Assembly (NCBI RefSeq): GCF_036321535.1
Contig: NC_087437.1
Span: 94,242,001-94,306,000, forward strand
From: Camelus dromedarius
Taxonomy: Eukaryota
Direction of reading: 5' to 3'
Length of the DNA stretch: 64,000 nucleotides
Below are positions 39,836 to 52,726 of the stretch, piece after piece (position 1 is the first letter of the stretch; each line of letters begins with the position of its first letter). The notes beneath the pieces were generated by a model. It was given only the letters and a program-made list of their open reading frames with translations. It was not told where the DNA came from and searched no databases. A program made the translations under genes and the position numbers.

Positions 39836-42800
39836 GAGCCTAATGGAAATATGGGGCAAAAGTTCCCAGGACACTCACCTATGTTTTCATAAAAGTGATT
39901 CCATTCTCATCTGTTTTTCATCTTGGGTTTATGAGGAATTCCAAGACTAATTTTAATGAAGTGAGTAGAATGTTCTGCAGCAAATATTACTTAGCAGTCA
40001 CATATAAATCCTAATACTGTCTTTGGTGTACAATTTGTGTGAGTATAGTTTCCCTACATACTTTGTGAGCTCAAATGCTTGTTCCGTGAATAAATTAAAA
40101 AAGAATAAATCAATGGGTATTTTGCCTAAAAGTTCATGTTTCCAAGCAAAAGATTTTTTAAAAGCAAGAGATCTGATTTTTAGGGTTAACAGAATGTAAA
40201 AGAGTATGCTAATTTTCCATTTTCACTAAAATCTTAAGGTAGAATCTTATGGGTTTTGTTCTGCTTGAACAAAATTTCAGTATTTCAACATCTAGGGAAA
40301 GCCATTCATTTCTTTTTACTTTCCCATTTCCTTTGCTCTGCCGTGCTTATTAAACCCAGACCACACCTGTGTGAGAGAAGAGCACTGATCAACTATTTTG
40401 AAATCAGAATTTGCATTGACTGTTTGTAATGAATATTCTGGTCAAGTCCAAAATTAAGGTCTGAGCAAGGTCATCGCACTGAAGTTTCTCTATTCCATTC
40501 CTAGATTGTACTGCAATTAATGCCCCTTTGATAACATGAAACATCAACTCTGATTAAAGAACACTTTAATCAGAATGGTGCATTAAAAAGGAAAAAAAAA
40601 TGAATACAAAAATATCTTACCAGCTTGAGGGGTGAAGTGAATCGTTTTGTGTTTATAAACAAAAATCTCTTTAATTAAATTCATGTTAAAAATTATATTC
40701 TTAATTTATTGTTTACTTTGTGTTCTTACTAAATCACGTTTGAACGGATTTTATTAAAATTCAAATTATACTTTTCCTAGACTATTGGCCCCTTGAGTGG
40801 GACTGACAAAGGAATATATAACTAACAAAGCACCATGCAGAGAAGTAACTTAAGAAAAATGTCTTGATTTTAGATAAATTGTGGGTTGTCCTTAGGAGTC
40901 CGAAGAAATTAGAGAAAAGCTGTTGTATTGTAAAAACTGGCTGCCTCTAATCTACCCCCAGTAATCGAACAGAGATTCTCAGAGAAAGTCAGAGATTGGG
41001 GAACCGAGTCTGTTTTTGATAAGAAGGAAATGATTCTCGTAGGGTGGAAATCTGTCTCGAGCACTTTTCCTGCTCTCCACTTTGGTTTCTGCCAAAAGAA
41101 AGTGGTGGCAGGAAACACAGACACAGGAAATTGAAGTAGCAATGCTATAAAAAGCTCTTTGATTGAGGATGATGGTGGCACAAAAATAGCGGGACTGTGA
41201 GCAGTAAATGAAGCTAGAGAAACTTGACTAAATGCCGCAGCCCCAGAGCGAAGCGAACGTCCCAGAATGCCTTACTGAAGAAGAGATTTATCAAATCTAT
41301 AGATAAAAACAGGATTTGGAGCAAGTTGGTTATATTGTTATAATAATAATTGTACTAAGTAATGATTTTTCATGGGTTTTAATCATTTTATGATCAGTTA
41401 ACTAATATTTATTGTTACAGGTATCAGGTATAGTTTTTTTTTTAATTAAAGAAAAAGTTTTGTGCATTGTTTTTGTCTAACACCTAATTTTAAAAAAGGA
41501 GTTGTTTTAAACCTGTGAGTTTAGTTTGTGCATATTAAACACATTGCCTTAACTGTGCTTTGGTTTTAGAACATTTTAAAAAATCTCATTATCTATTAAA
41601 TGGTACAAATTTTCTTCAAGCTTTTACCTCTTCAACCTAAACCACTAAAGTGATAGCAGTAATTTCATAGTTATGAAGGTCTCTGCTAAGTCAGTCGAAA
41701 TCATTCTTTTATATATAATAACTATATATAATATAACTATTTTTATAACACTTCAAAAACACAATCAGGATGCATTTGTTATATGTTCAGTATGTTACAT
41801 TTGGGAAGAAAAATAAAACAATAGAAGATACACAATGTTTAAAAATGAATGTATAAATTTTCAGACATAGTAAGTTGGGCTAGTTTGAAAGTATCTTACA
41901 ATATCCTTTCAAACTGTCTTAGTCAACATGCTGCTCTTCTGCACATAGAAAATATAAAAATTACTCATCCCGAGTGATAATTAAAGAAACTTTGAGTTAG
42001 AAAGAGTTTAATTACAGAAGGTTCATGATGCATCGTGACTACTAGTAGCATAAAGTTTAAATTTGCTAATATTTTAAAGGGGCTTTATTTTAAAGGGCTT
42101 TTGCTGCTGTGGTCTATGCAGTATTGTTTTCCTTCCTTGCATGACTTCATTATTCCTCCAACATATAATCATAGTGTTTTTTCTTTCACTGAGCTCCTGA
42201 GTGGCTGTAAGGCATCAGCGTTTGCGATGAAGTCTCCTTGTAGACATCCGAGCCCTCACTGTGAGCGGCACTGCAATGCGAGCTTGCCTCCTGTGAGCCT
42301 CAAGGCCACGAATTACTCATTTTGAACTAAAAAGATGCTGCTCTTTTCTTTTGAGAACAAGATTCATATTACGACTCTAAACAGTATAAAACTACTTGAA
42401 AAGCATTATTTCCTAGTCACTTCCATGTATTTATCACTCTGAGATCTGAACAAACGTTTTAGATATCGTTCCTATGATTAGATCCACAAAGTTTCCCGGC
42501 CAGGAGTAATATTTAGCAACTGCTCCAGAAAAACCCTTCTCAGAGTATCCATATCAGAGGTCAGTGATAGCTCAGCAGTGACCACAACAAAAATTGGAAG
42601 GACCCAAAGGTGATTATTGATCAATATTATTTCATTTTATTTTTCCAAATAAAGACCATTAGAAAACTACCATTTTTACCTTCATCAGTTTTTCTTAAAA
42701 TGAAAGGACAATATTAACTTAAAAATGTAGGAAGAAAATAATCTCAATTATTCTGATTAGAATGGATTTAGCTTATGAAAACTTGCTTCTTTTTTTTTTT

Positions 42801-43199
42801 TTTTTTTTAAGTTTAGTATTGTATCTCTGCCAGGAAAAGTCTTCATCTTAAACCTAACTTGTGTCTGTCAGGAGCAGAAAACTAGGAGAAACACTGGGGC
42901 CTTTCTGGGATTGCAGAGAACCTCATACTCTTGTTGCCAGTTTCTGAAATGTTTAATGGATCTGAAAAACCAACTGATAGAACACCTAGATAGAACTCTT
43001 ATCAATGAGAGATCCTCTATATGAACCAGAGATAAAACCATTTTTATAATACATTGAAGAATATCATCAAGCTGCATCTGTTCAATTTATATTTTGGAAG
43101 AAAAGTTAAAAACATAGAGGATATACAATGATTAAAGAATAAGTATTAGAGCCATGCTGGATATGTCTGGGCCGTAGGTGGGGGATGTCCTGCCATCAT

Positions 43200-43570
43200 G
43201 GTAATTCGACTAAGAGAACAGGTGATTGCAGTGTGGTTTGATAAAGGAGCTGATGGAGCAGGAGCAATGGATTTATTATAGGAGCTTGCATGCCAGAGAG
43301 CTACTTAATTTAGGATTATGAAGGTGCTTCCTTGTAAGTTTCAAAGGAAGGATTAGTGCTGGCAAAATGGGAGCTAAAATGAATTCCAGGTAGAAGGGAC
43401 ATGAGCAAATCCCTGAAGCTCTAAAAGAGCACGGTATGCTTGAGGAAAGTAGATGAAGTGTTTCATGGTCTGCCCTAGGAATTAAACATTCTTATGACTG
43501 GAATCTGGCAGATTAAATCACACGCTCGAGACTTTAGGTGTTCTGCTCAAGTCGATGGCAGGTCAGGGCA
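43200..43570 (-). mobile_element. L2 fragment
   Basis: 'gaattccaggtagaagggacatgagcaaatccctgaagct...agagcacggtatgcttgaggaaag' is antisense L2. Confidence 0.55.
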
Positions 43571-45525
43571 GCACCCATGTACTTGATTGGCTATGAAGTC
43601 TTCTTTCACTTTTGTGTTCCCCCTTTGGTTTAGTTTGTATGTGTTTTCCTCATCACAACAAACTGACTGTAAGAAGAATAATTAAAATAAACCGATTATT
43701 TAATTATGATGTTGAAAAAAATCTAGAGAGCATTAATAGATAATCGAAATAGTGTGCAGGAAACCAGAGCTACACTTGCCATTCAAACACCCTTATGTGC
43801 CAGACCCTTATCAGTAAACTGTGCTCAGTTCTGGATGCCAGCTTGAAAAATATACAGAAAACACAGTAATTAAGAACTGAATGCACACGTTTTGGAGAAA
43901 AGACCTTAAAAGTGAGAAATAGTTTGCAAATATTTCTTCCTCTCTCATGTCTCAAAGACTCTGCTTCCTCTCAGCTGACAGCACCTCAGAGCAGAGTAAG
44001 ACATCATTGGGATGCTTGACCACAGCAAGAGGGGAGGTTAGTATTCTCCTTGGGGTTCCTGCTACCTGATGACATTCTGCATGTATGACAGCACACCTTG
44101 AACTTCCTGGCCTCTTTAGCTATGTCTATAGATTACAGGATGCCCTTTCAGAGGGAAGCAGCTTGTAAGCAAAGGTCAGCATGAGGTTATTTACTACATG
44201 AGAATAATACAGAAGGAATAACAATGACATTGATATAAAATATATAGATTATAAAAAAGAATTTGATCAGCAATCTCCACTAGTGACAGAAAATGTAATA
44301 GACAAATTGCAAAGATTAGTTAAATAATATTTGCTTGACAGTGCATAATATGAAAATAAGAAACACTGCTCTAAAAATAATAAGGCAGTCTACCCACTTG
44401 TAAATTTTTGCCAGCTTGAAAATGTGAAAAAAAAAATTAAGCTAAATGATTCCAAGCATTCACATTAAAATATTTGATAGCCTTTTTAAGGAACATTTCA
44501 ATATATTGAAATTTTTATATAGGGTATTTTTAATACCAAGTATCCCTGTGACTAAGTAGATTTGTTATGAATTTGTGAATATGTGTACCTACCTATTGAC
44601 TATTCATCTGTATAAAATAACCCTATCATAATTATGGATTGATGTTACCCCCAAAATTCCCTTTTACATTTAATGTAAAATAGAGATTCTTGTCTATCTC
44701 CCTCTTTTTTCTTTATTTTATTTTATGGCTAAATCCTCAAAAGGGCAATGAATGACAACCAAATTGATTTTTAGTTTCAAATCTGTTAAATAAAACATCT
44801 GGCAGCATGTTCAGGTGCCAGTGTTTGGGGAAATTTCTACTATTTTAGAGGTCATTGTAAGTATCATGCAAAGTGTTAAACCCAACGTATGGAGAATTTT
44901 TAAGTAGATTATGTATTTTCCTCATGATTTGTTTTTGAATATAGCCTGAGTTTTTCCTTAGCTAATTACAGGGACTTAGCAAATAATAACAACAGCAAAA
45001 GAAGGTGACTAAAATAGGGAAGAAGACAAAACAATCGACCTTTGCAAGGTAACTTGCAGCTAATTACACGAGACTATTAAAACTTAGTAACAGAATTCAT
45101 GCCATCAACATCTGCGGTCACATTGTATCTGTAATGGAATAGGATGTCACATAACTGAGGTTCATGATAATGACTCTGTCAAGAAAGCATTAAATTATAT
45201 TCTGTTTTCTCTATTAAAGAAGCTGGGAAACATGGAGTACAAGGTATATATATATATTCTTTTCAGGCTGGTATTTTAGTAATTAATCTTGTGCCATAAG
45301 ATTGTAAATATTTTCTAAGTATTGTGTTTTGCTAAGATTGTATTATGTTATTAAGCCTTCATGCTTAAAAGCACTTAGAAGGATATTTGGCAAAACTTTG
45401 TGGTTAATAATAGTCTGAAGGATATTTTCAATTTCCGTGAAATTTGTATAATTACCAGTGGAATTACAAACATCTAGGAGTTTTAAGAGTATGAATACCC
45501 CTAGTTACTATCTTGAAAATGTTCT

Positions 45526-45598
45526 TTTTTTTTTTCAGTTTATTCCTAGGCAGTTTTTATTTGTTTATTTATTATTATTATTATTTTTTTTTTTTTAA
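45526..45598 (-). mobile_element. Body-less retrotransposon-type insertion (73 bp) between perfect 14-bp direct repeats
   Basis: cttgaaaatgttct at 45512-45525 and 45599-45612. The insert is a T-tract, a short unique core and a (TTA)n/T-tract. Confidence 0.8.
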
Positions 45599-47835
45599 CT
45601 TGAAAATGTTCTCCTTGTGGATAACAGCAGGGAAAGCTAGATTCGCTTCTGCATTCAACAAACATTCTTTGAGCACCTTCTATGTGCCAGAAACTAAAAA
45701 TAATAGGGTTCAAAGATGAATAAATTACGGACTTTGCCTTACATCAGTAATGCTCCCATCCTTGGAGTGGTAATGGGGAAGGTTCTAAGGAAAGAAACTC
45801 ACATTTAAAAGTAGAATGTTTTAAAGGGCTTAGGAAAACCCATAAGGCATACATGAAAATTGAAAACTATTAAGTTTCCATGCCACTTGAAAATGTTTTG
45901 CTGATGAATTAGCCCTGATTGAAACGAAATTATCTTTCATCACCTTCACGGTAAACACTTCTACACTTCTCAATTGAATAACATTTTCTTTCCTGTGGAT
46001 TTGTCCTTCTGACCTGTTCAGAGGTACTGAGAATGATATTGAAATCTACTACGTACCTCTAAAGTCAAAATAAATGTTAAGACCTTTTCTAATATTACAT
46101 ATATGATTGGCAATACATTATATTAAACATTTTATCATATAAATTTTATGGCTACAATGACAAAAATGAGGTGACCAAGAAAATATTTTAATGTTTTTTA
46201 TTGTTAGTTTATTTTATCATTACTAAATATTTTTGTATTCTAAAAATGACAATCATTATGGCACACCATGCATCAGACAATTTCTCAATTAGGGAAAAGC
46301 AAATCTGTGACTCAGAAATCATTTAACACTTTAAAGAACTGGGATTATTTTAGCTGACATTTTCATATAGAAGGCTTTCTGTTTCCATTTATTAGAGTGT
46401 AATTTACACATAAGGATACTGATAACTGTGCTGCAGTTTCACTATTTAGTTTAAATGTATTTTTTAGAATATTTAGTATTTGGTAATATTTCCTTTAGAG
46501 AACTTTTCCATGGAAATAACATATCTAAAACTATTTTACATATATATATATAAGAACACATTGAAACTTAATCATAGGTCAGATAACTTTTCTTTTAATT
46601 GCTAATTAAAACTTGGAATGAAAGCTAAAAAGCTTCGTTTTGTGCTACTTTCTAATAATTACCATTAATGTGACTACATTCTTGTTTAAAGCTTATTCAA
46701 ATTAGCTCATTAGCCAGCATGGTTACTTACAAACTTCAAAGAATGAAAAAAAAAAAATCAATTTCATCCCATTTTTATAGTGATCGCAGGGACCTGGCAA
46801 GCAAATTCATTACCATCCATGTCCATAGCCCTCTACAGTAGGGCATATGTGTCATACCAATTACTATGCAAATCTCCAAATCATTCCTGCGCTAATTCCC
46901 TGGTGGCACTGAAATCCTATCTGGCTTAAATAATCAGATGGGAAAATTTTATTCTTGAAATTAATAATACAGATTTAACTGGTGTTAGAAATTGTAGACA
47001 GCTAATAGTGTCTCTTTTTCAAATAGACACATTTTAAATACAACATAGTTAAATTCACATTTCTCAAAATTAAGCAATGTAAAATACAAGAAAAGTACTA
47101 GATAACCTACTATATTAAATATGCAAAAATTTTTTAAATATTCATTTATAGTTACAATAGTAAATAAAAAACTGGTGCTATGAACATACTTTTGTCAGTA
47201 TTCTCTCAAAGTAAACTAGAACTTAATGGGGATCATATTCAGTTTAATTCAATATTGATAAATATATTAGTAGAAATAACTTAAAGAGGATTTGATATGC
47301 TCGCTTTTTAAAATGCCAAGTAAAGGATGGCTGTCCGACCTCCCCAGTTTCAATCGCTCTTGTTTCTCTCATGCTCCTGCGAAGGTTCTGACTTTGTCCC
47401 TCCAGTCCATCTCCCATTATGGATAGACCACAATATGTCTCTTGGGCCTGTTCTGTTCTCAGCATATTGTGTCCTCAGCACAGAATTACGTCTCCTATGA
47501 GTTCAAAAAAATATCTGGGGCTGATTTGTGGTATTTTCCTACTAACTCTCATTTCTCTTTAGATTATCTATGGCAGGCACCTTTCTTTGTTTATAAGTAC
47601 AAATAGGCAAATACTCCACTATAATAGCACTTCCATTCTCTCTGTGACATTTCTTTCATCATCACACCCAAACTGCTTTTCACCTGCTGTGACTCATTAG
47701 TGCAGTCATTCAGTAGTTAATGAGCATCAGGCCAGCCATTTAGAATACAATGCTGAAGAAAGAGACAAAATCCCTTCCCTCAGGAAGTTTCCATTCCAAT
47801 GCTAAAGCAGAGGAAACGGAATAAAGAAATAGACA

Positions 47836-48338
47836 CAGATCTTCCTCACTTTAAGATAGGGTTGTGACCTGATAAACAAATCCTGTAAATTGAAATAACT
47901 TAAGTAGAAAATGCATTAAATACCCTTAATCTACCAAACATCACAGCTTAGCCTGACATACCTTAAACGTGCTCAGAACACTCACATTAGCCTACAGTTG
48001 GGCAAAATCATCTAACACAAAGCCTATTTAAAAATAAAGTGCTGAATATGTCATGTAATTTATTGAATACTGTATAGAAAGTAAAAAAACAGAATGGGGG
48101 TACGGGTACAGAATAGATGTTATGTGTACTGATTGTTCACCCTCGTGGTGGCGTGGCTGACCGGGAGCTGTGGCAGCTGCTGCCCAGCATCACAGGAGAG
48201 TATCTGCCACATTTCACCAACCCAGGAAAAGATCACAGCTCCAAGTATGGCTTCTGCTGAATGTGTAGTGCTTTCACGTATCATGGGAAAGCCAAAAAAT
48301 CATAAGGTGGAACCATCGTTGGTTCAGGGACAATTTTA
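47836..48338 (+). mobile_element. MER47-family TcMar-Tigger non-autonomous transposon, inserted in an L2
   Basis: 'ccttaaacgtgctcagaacactcacattagcctacagttgggcaaaatcatctaacacaaagcctattt' is near-identical to the remembered MER47 consensus; degenerate TIRs at both ends; L2-like flanks at 47700-47835 and 48340-48450. Confidence 0.9.
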
Positions 48339-48943
48339 TATAGATTCCAGGATGGCCTTTTGTGAGGTAAGTGCCTTGAAGAAAAGTTAGGCAGGATACA
48401 ATTTTTGTGGAAGAAGAAGCTCTTTTAGAGAATTAGATAATTGGAGAAGGCTTCATTTACCACAAAATCTGATGACATTAACCAGTGAAAATATTATAGA
48501 CCATTATATTTTCTTTGACTCTCTGAATTTCATTATCAATAAAAATCAGAATCTTTTAATCAATTGCCCGTTCTTCAGGTATTTTTTTTTCAAATTTTCC
48601 AAGTTTCATATTAAGGTGTATGTTCAGTTTAAACAATTATACTACAGCTTTTCAAATAAATTCCAAAATCTTTACCAAGGAATCCAGGATCCAAAAATGA
48701 TGTTTAACCTCCACAATCCTTATTTCCTCCCACCACACACATGCGGATCCATATCAATTACTTGATGTTCACATGGACATGCCATGCATACCACTCTTTT
48801 ATTCTCAAGACTTTCTCACTTGCTTTTTTTTTCATTTCCTCAATGCCTTTCTTTCAAATATTCATGTGACTCTCCCCCAAATCCATCCCCATTTATTTCA
48901 GTTATTTGTGGCTGCCATGTTATCATATTTAAAATAGAAGTCC

Positions 48944-49159
48944 TTCATTTATACACACATACATATTCTTTTTATATTCTTTTTCATTATAGTTTACTAA
49001 AAGATATTGAATATAGTTCCCAGTAGGATCAGTTGTTAATCAATTTTATACATAGTAGTGTGCGTCTGCTAATCCCAGACTCTCAATTTATCCCTCCCTG
49101 CTTTCCTCCTAGTAACCATGTGAGACTACTTTCATAAGAAAATAAACAAACAAATAAAT
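48944..49159. mobile_element. L1 3'UTR insertion with inverted 5' part
   Basis: 48944-49120 is antisense L1 3'UTR with no T-tail. It is followed by sense 'gactactttcataag' and an A-rich tail. Candidate TSD aaaatagaagtcc (48931-48943) / aaaataccaatcc (49160-49172). Confidence 0.7.
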
Positions 49160-49393
49160 AAAATACCAATCCTGTCAAACTCTGTACTCATACACTACTT
49201 TAAATATATTTTTTCATAGTATTGAGAGCTACCTGATACCTCATACCTGTTATTACCTGCTTCATTAAAATACATCCTCTGCTGAGCCAGGAACAGAGTC
49301 ATTCATGAATAGATACTAAATGACTTTTGTACCCACTGTCATTATTTTTCTGTCTTCTGCTGTGGTCTTAGGGGTCTGTTTTAGATCTACCTT

Positions 49394-49745
49394 TGTAATT
49401 GTCAGTTCAGGTTGTCATAACAAATTATCATAGAGTGGATTAAACAACAATTTATTTTCTCACAGTTTTGGAGGCAGGAGATCTGAAATGCGTGCGCCAG
49501 CGTAGGTGGCTGAGTTCTGGTGAGCTCTCCTCCTTGCTTGAACACTGTCATCTTCTTTCTGTGTCCTCATCTGTTGGAGTGGGTAAGCTCTTTTGCGTCG
49601 TTTCAATTTTAAGCACACTAATTCTCCAAGGGCCCCACTCTTATGACGTAATTACCCCCTAATATGCTCTATCTCCAAAGACAGTCACATTTGGGATTAG
49701 AACGTCATTTGAATTTGAGGTGGGGACAAAATTCAGTCCATAGCA
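49394..49745 (-). mobile_element. MLT1 (A/B/C-like) MaLR solo LTR
   Basis: 'cataacaaattatcatag...ttaaacaacaatttattttctcacagttttggaggc...tgtgtcctca...ggggacaaaattcagtccatagca'. Confidence 0.9.
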
Positions 49746-51254
49746 CTCTTCAATCTTCAAATTTCTTAGACCGAAAAACCTCACATTATAATCCTTAGCA
49801 ATCTAAAGAAGTTTTTTCCAAATGATAATTAAAAGCTGTTCTATTTAAACACATTTTTTTAAATCAAAAAACAATTGTTAGGCTATTCTTAACCAGTTAG
49901 TGGCAAATTTAACTGAATCTTGCCTAAATAAAGAACTTCATAATCTTCTACACACACAAAAAAAAGTATTTCTTTTCACAAAGACAAGATAAAAAATTTT
50001 AGACAGCTGTTCTTTAGTAAACTGTAGATTTTTATAGGTTTTCAACCTTACAATAATATTTTAAAAAAATTATAGAACAGAACTATTTCTTATAAATCAA
50101 GTTTTCTGCAGAATAAAGTATGTGAAAATATTTTCTCTAACATAAAGTACAATTAAAGATATTTTGCTTATTTTTAAAAATTTCTAAAATTAAAATAAAC
50201 AATACATAGCTTATAATATGTAACCAACAGTAGTTAGCTAATAATATTGAAATAAAGCAAGTCTATTTGGAAATGCCTGATTCACAATAGTCTATTTAGT
50301 GAATAGTCCATTTGCTCCAGTGTAAAAAAAGAACATATTTATTATCAGCAAAATTCATAAGTAATAGTATTGAAATGAAAAGAAATGCAGTGGGTTATAA
50401 TACATTTTCTAAATATCATTACCTGTTCTTTGGGTTGAAGGGTTTTTCTTTTTTCTTAATTTAATTGTTTTTTTTCCCTTTTTTATTAAAAAAATTGAAT
50501 TCTGTTAAATTATTAATCATTTACAGAGGTGAATTTTGTACATATATATTTCTTTAAGTTCAAGTAATATAAACCTGCATTTTTAGTCACTGTAATTCAT
50601 CCTTACATTACCTCAGAAATGTCATTCCCTTGACACTTAATCATGTCAAAACAGTGGAATGTATGTCACATCCTCTGGGTGGCAAAGGTTTCTACAGGAA
50701 CAACATGGAGCCATTGTGACATTTTTCTAATTATCAGTCATCTCATTTTGATGTAAGTGAAGGGCACTTGTTAAACATGAACATTCAGTTAATTTTTGCT
50801 ATTCTATGTTGATTATTCAACAAGAAAAATGTGTGTTAAATGTTTTTACATTTATTTCCTACTAGTCTCTAAATGGCTTGTCCACTATATCTGCCTTCAG
50901 TGTTGTTAAAAGACTGGTGAGCACAGGGAATTTGTTTACTTGTTTGCATTTTTATCTCCAGGGCAGACACACGGTATATGCTAAGATAATTCCACTCCAA
51001 TCTTTAAACATTCCTGCATATCTCATAACAGAAGTCTTTTAAGGAATATTCTCTTTACTATCTTATTTCAATGACACTTAAATATCAATACTAATTTGAG
51101 GAGAGAAATGGAAGAAATCTACGTCAAGGATAACGGAGTCAAGTCAGTAAGATTGTGGCTGGAGAAGATTTGGAAGGGACAATAGCACCGTCTATCTATA
51201 CTATGTACTTACTTACACTATGCGAGCAATAAAGCATGCCTTGTTTATTGAAAT

Positions 51255-51790
51255 GCCTCAGGTTGGAAACTCTTGTTTTCAAATAACAGAAACTCAATCT
51301 AGACAGAATTGAACAGTTAAAGGAAAATTTTAATGTAGGCATCTGAATAGCTTAAATAAGGAATCATCCTGTAGTACAGTTTACCTATTTTTATTTATGT
51401 TTTGCTTCTAAGATACATAAAATAGATTCTTCTCACATTGATAAGATGACTTCCAAAAGCTTCAAAGTGCTGCCTTCTTCCTTGTTCACTTTTAGGAGAA
51501 GTGTGTGTTTCTTATGCAGAAGAATAAGGACTTTTTCCTACTCAGAAGCCCATACCAAATATCTCCTTGGTTGGATAATTTTTATGCATCGCTGTCATGA
51601 TCAGCTGCAAACCATTCACATGTTCACGGGAAAAGGAAGTTGCTGATTGCTTTAAAGCTCACATTTGGAGTTGTAAGGAATGGAGCAGCCCCAAGCTTGA
51701 GATGAAACCCCGCCTGAAAAACCAGGGTTCTGTGGCCAAAGAAAAGGGAATATGAATGTGGAAGACCAAAAGCAGAGCATGCCCACTACT
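51255..51790 (-). mobile_element. Old MLT1 (J/K-like) MaLR LTR
   Basis: 'caggttggaaactcttgttttcaaataacagaaactcaa' at the start and 'aaccagggttctgtggccaaagaaaagggaa...atgcccactac' at the end. Confidence 0.65.
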
Positions 51791-51839
51791 GCAGCTGGAG
51801 TGATATTCACATCGCTGAGAGCATGATAAAAGTGCAAAC

Positions 51840-52060
51840 TCAGAAATCAAATGATCTTAGTTCCAACAAAGATTTACTAATTTTTAAGTATAAAACATCT
51901 GTTTGCCTCAATTTTTACATCTGAAAATGAGGATAATGATAGGATAATAAGACATGCAACAACGTTTTATTGTGAATTTTAATTTAGTTTAGAAATGTAA
52001 GTGCTTAGAATTGCCTAACACAAAGCAAATGCATAATAAATGTTCATAGTAATAATAATA
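51840..52060 (+). mobile_element. MIR SINE
   Basis: 'tgcctcaatttttacatctgaaaatgaggataatgatag...atgtaagtgcttagaattgcctaacaca'. Confidence 0.7.
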
Positions 52061-52366
52061 ATTGTTATTATCATTACATGTATATAATTTCCACAATGGG
52101 CATATATTACCTTTGTAATTAGCAAAATAAACATCATAATACCCATATCTAAAGTACTATTGTCAGGATTAAATACAGTAATAATCCATGCGTTTATTTC
52201 CATTATAGCAGTTGTTTTATAGGCTTGTGGTCATTTGTTCAGTTGACACTAGATAGTTTATTAAATTTCTTTGAAGACAATGTCTCTATTGTATTTATCT
52301 TTATAACCCCAATGACAACTACAATGTTTATCATGTAGCAGATCCTGGTCAAATGCTAATTGAAAA

Positions 52367-52726
52367 TGTTGACCTAAAACAAATAGACTGCCAATTATTT
52401 CTCTAGCTAAAAAAAATAATATTAAATTAAAAAATAGGTTTATTTGGGATTAGCAAAGAATTGTCATTTGGGTCTGCAACCATAGTGAGCCACTTGCAAG
52501 TCTCCAGCAAATACGGAGAGGAGCACTCTTAAAGAAGGGAAGAAGTTGGGAGGGCTATAGTAAACAAAGGATCCATGGCTTTTCATTGGCCGAGTTGCAA
52601 CACTCTCTCATTGGCTGAGCTCTTGCCAAGTCCTCTTGGGCTCTGTTATCTATTAGAGCATGAGAGCTCCCCCTTCCAGTCTCCCAACTCTATCTTAATT
52701 GAAATTTCTGTTTACTAATTTTCCCA
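52367..52726 (-). mobile_element. ERV1-type solo LTR inserted into an L2 tail
   Basis: tg...ca termini with aaaa on both sides (52363-52366, 52727-52730). Minus-strand AATAAA near the 3' end and two CCAAT boxes (attgg at about 52585 and 52610). Confidence 0.7.

Noticed and set aside
40786..42062. piggyBac-like element ('ccccttgagt' start, 'aaagagtttaa' end)
   Set aside because: No TTAA target duplication, the ends are not mutually complementary and there is no transposase homology.
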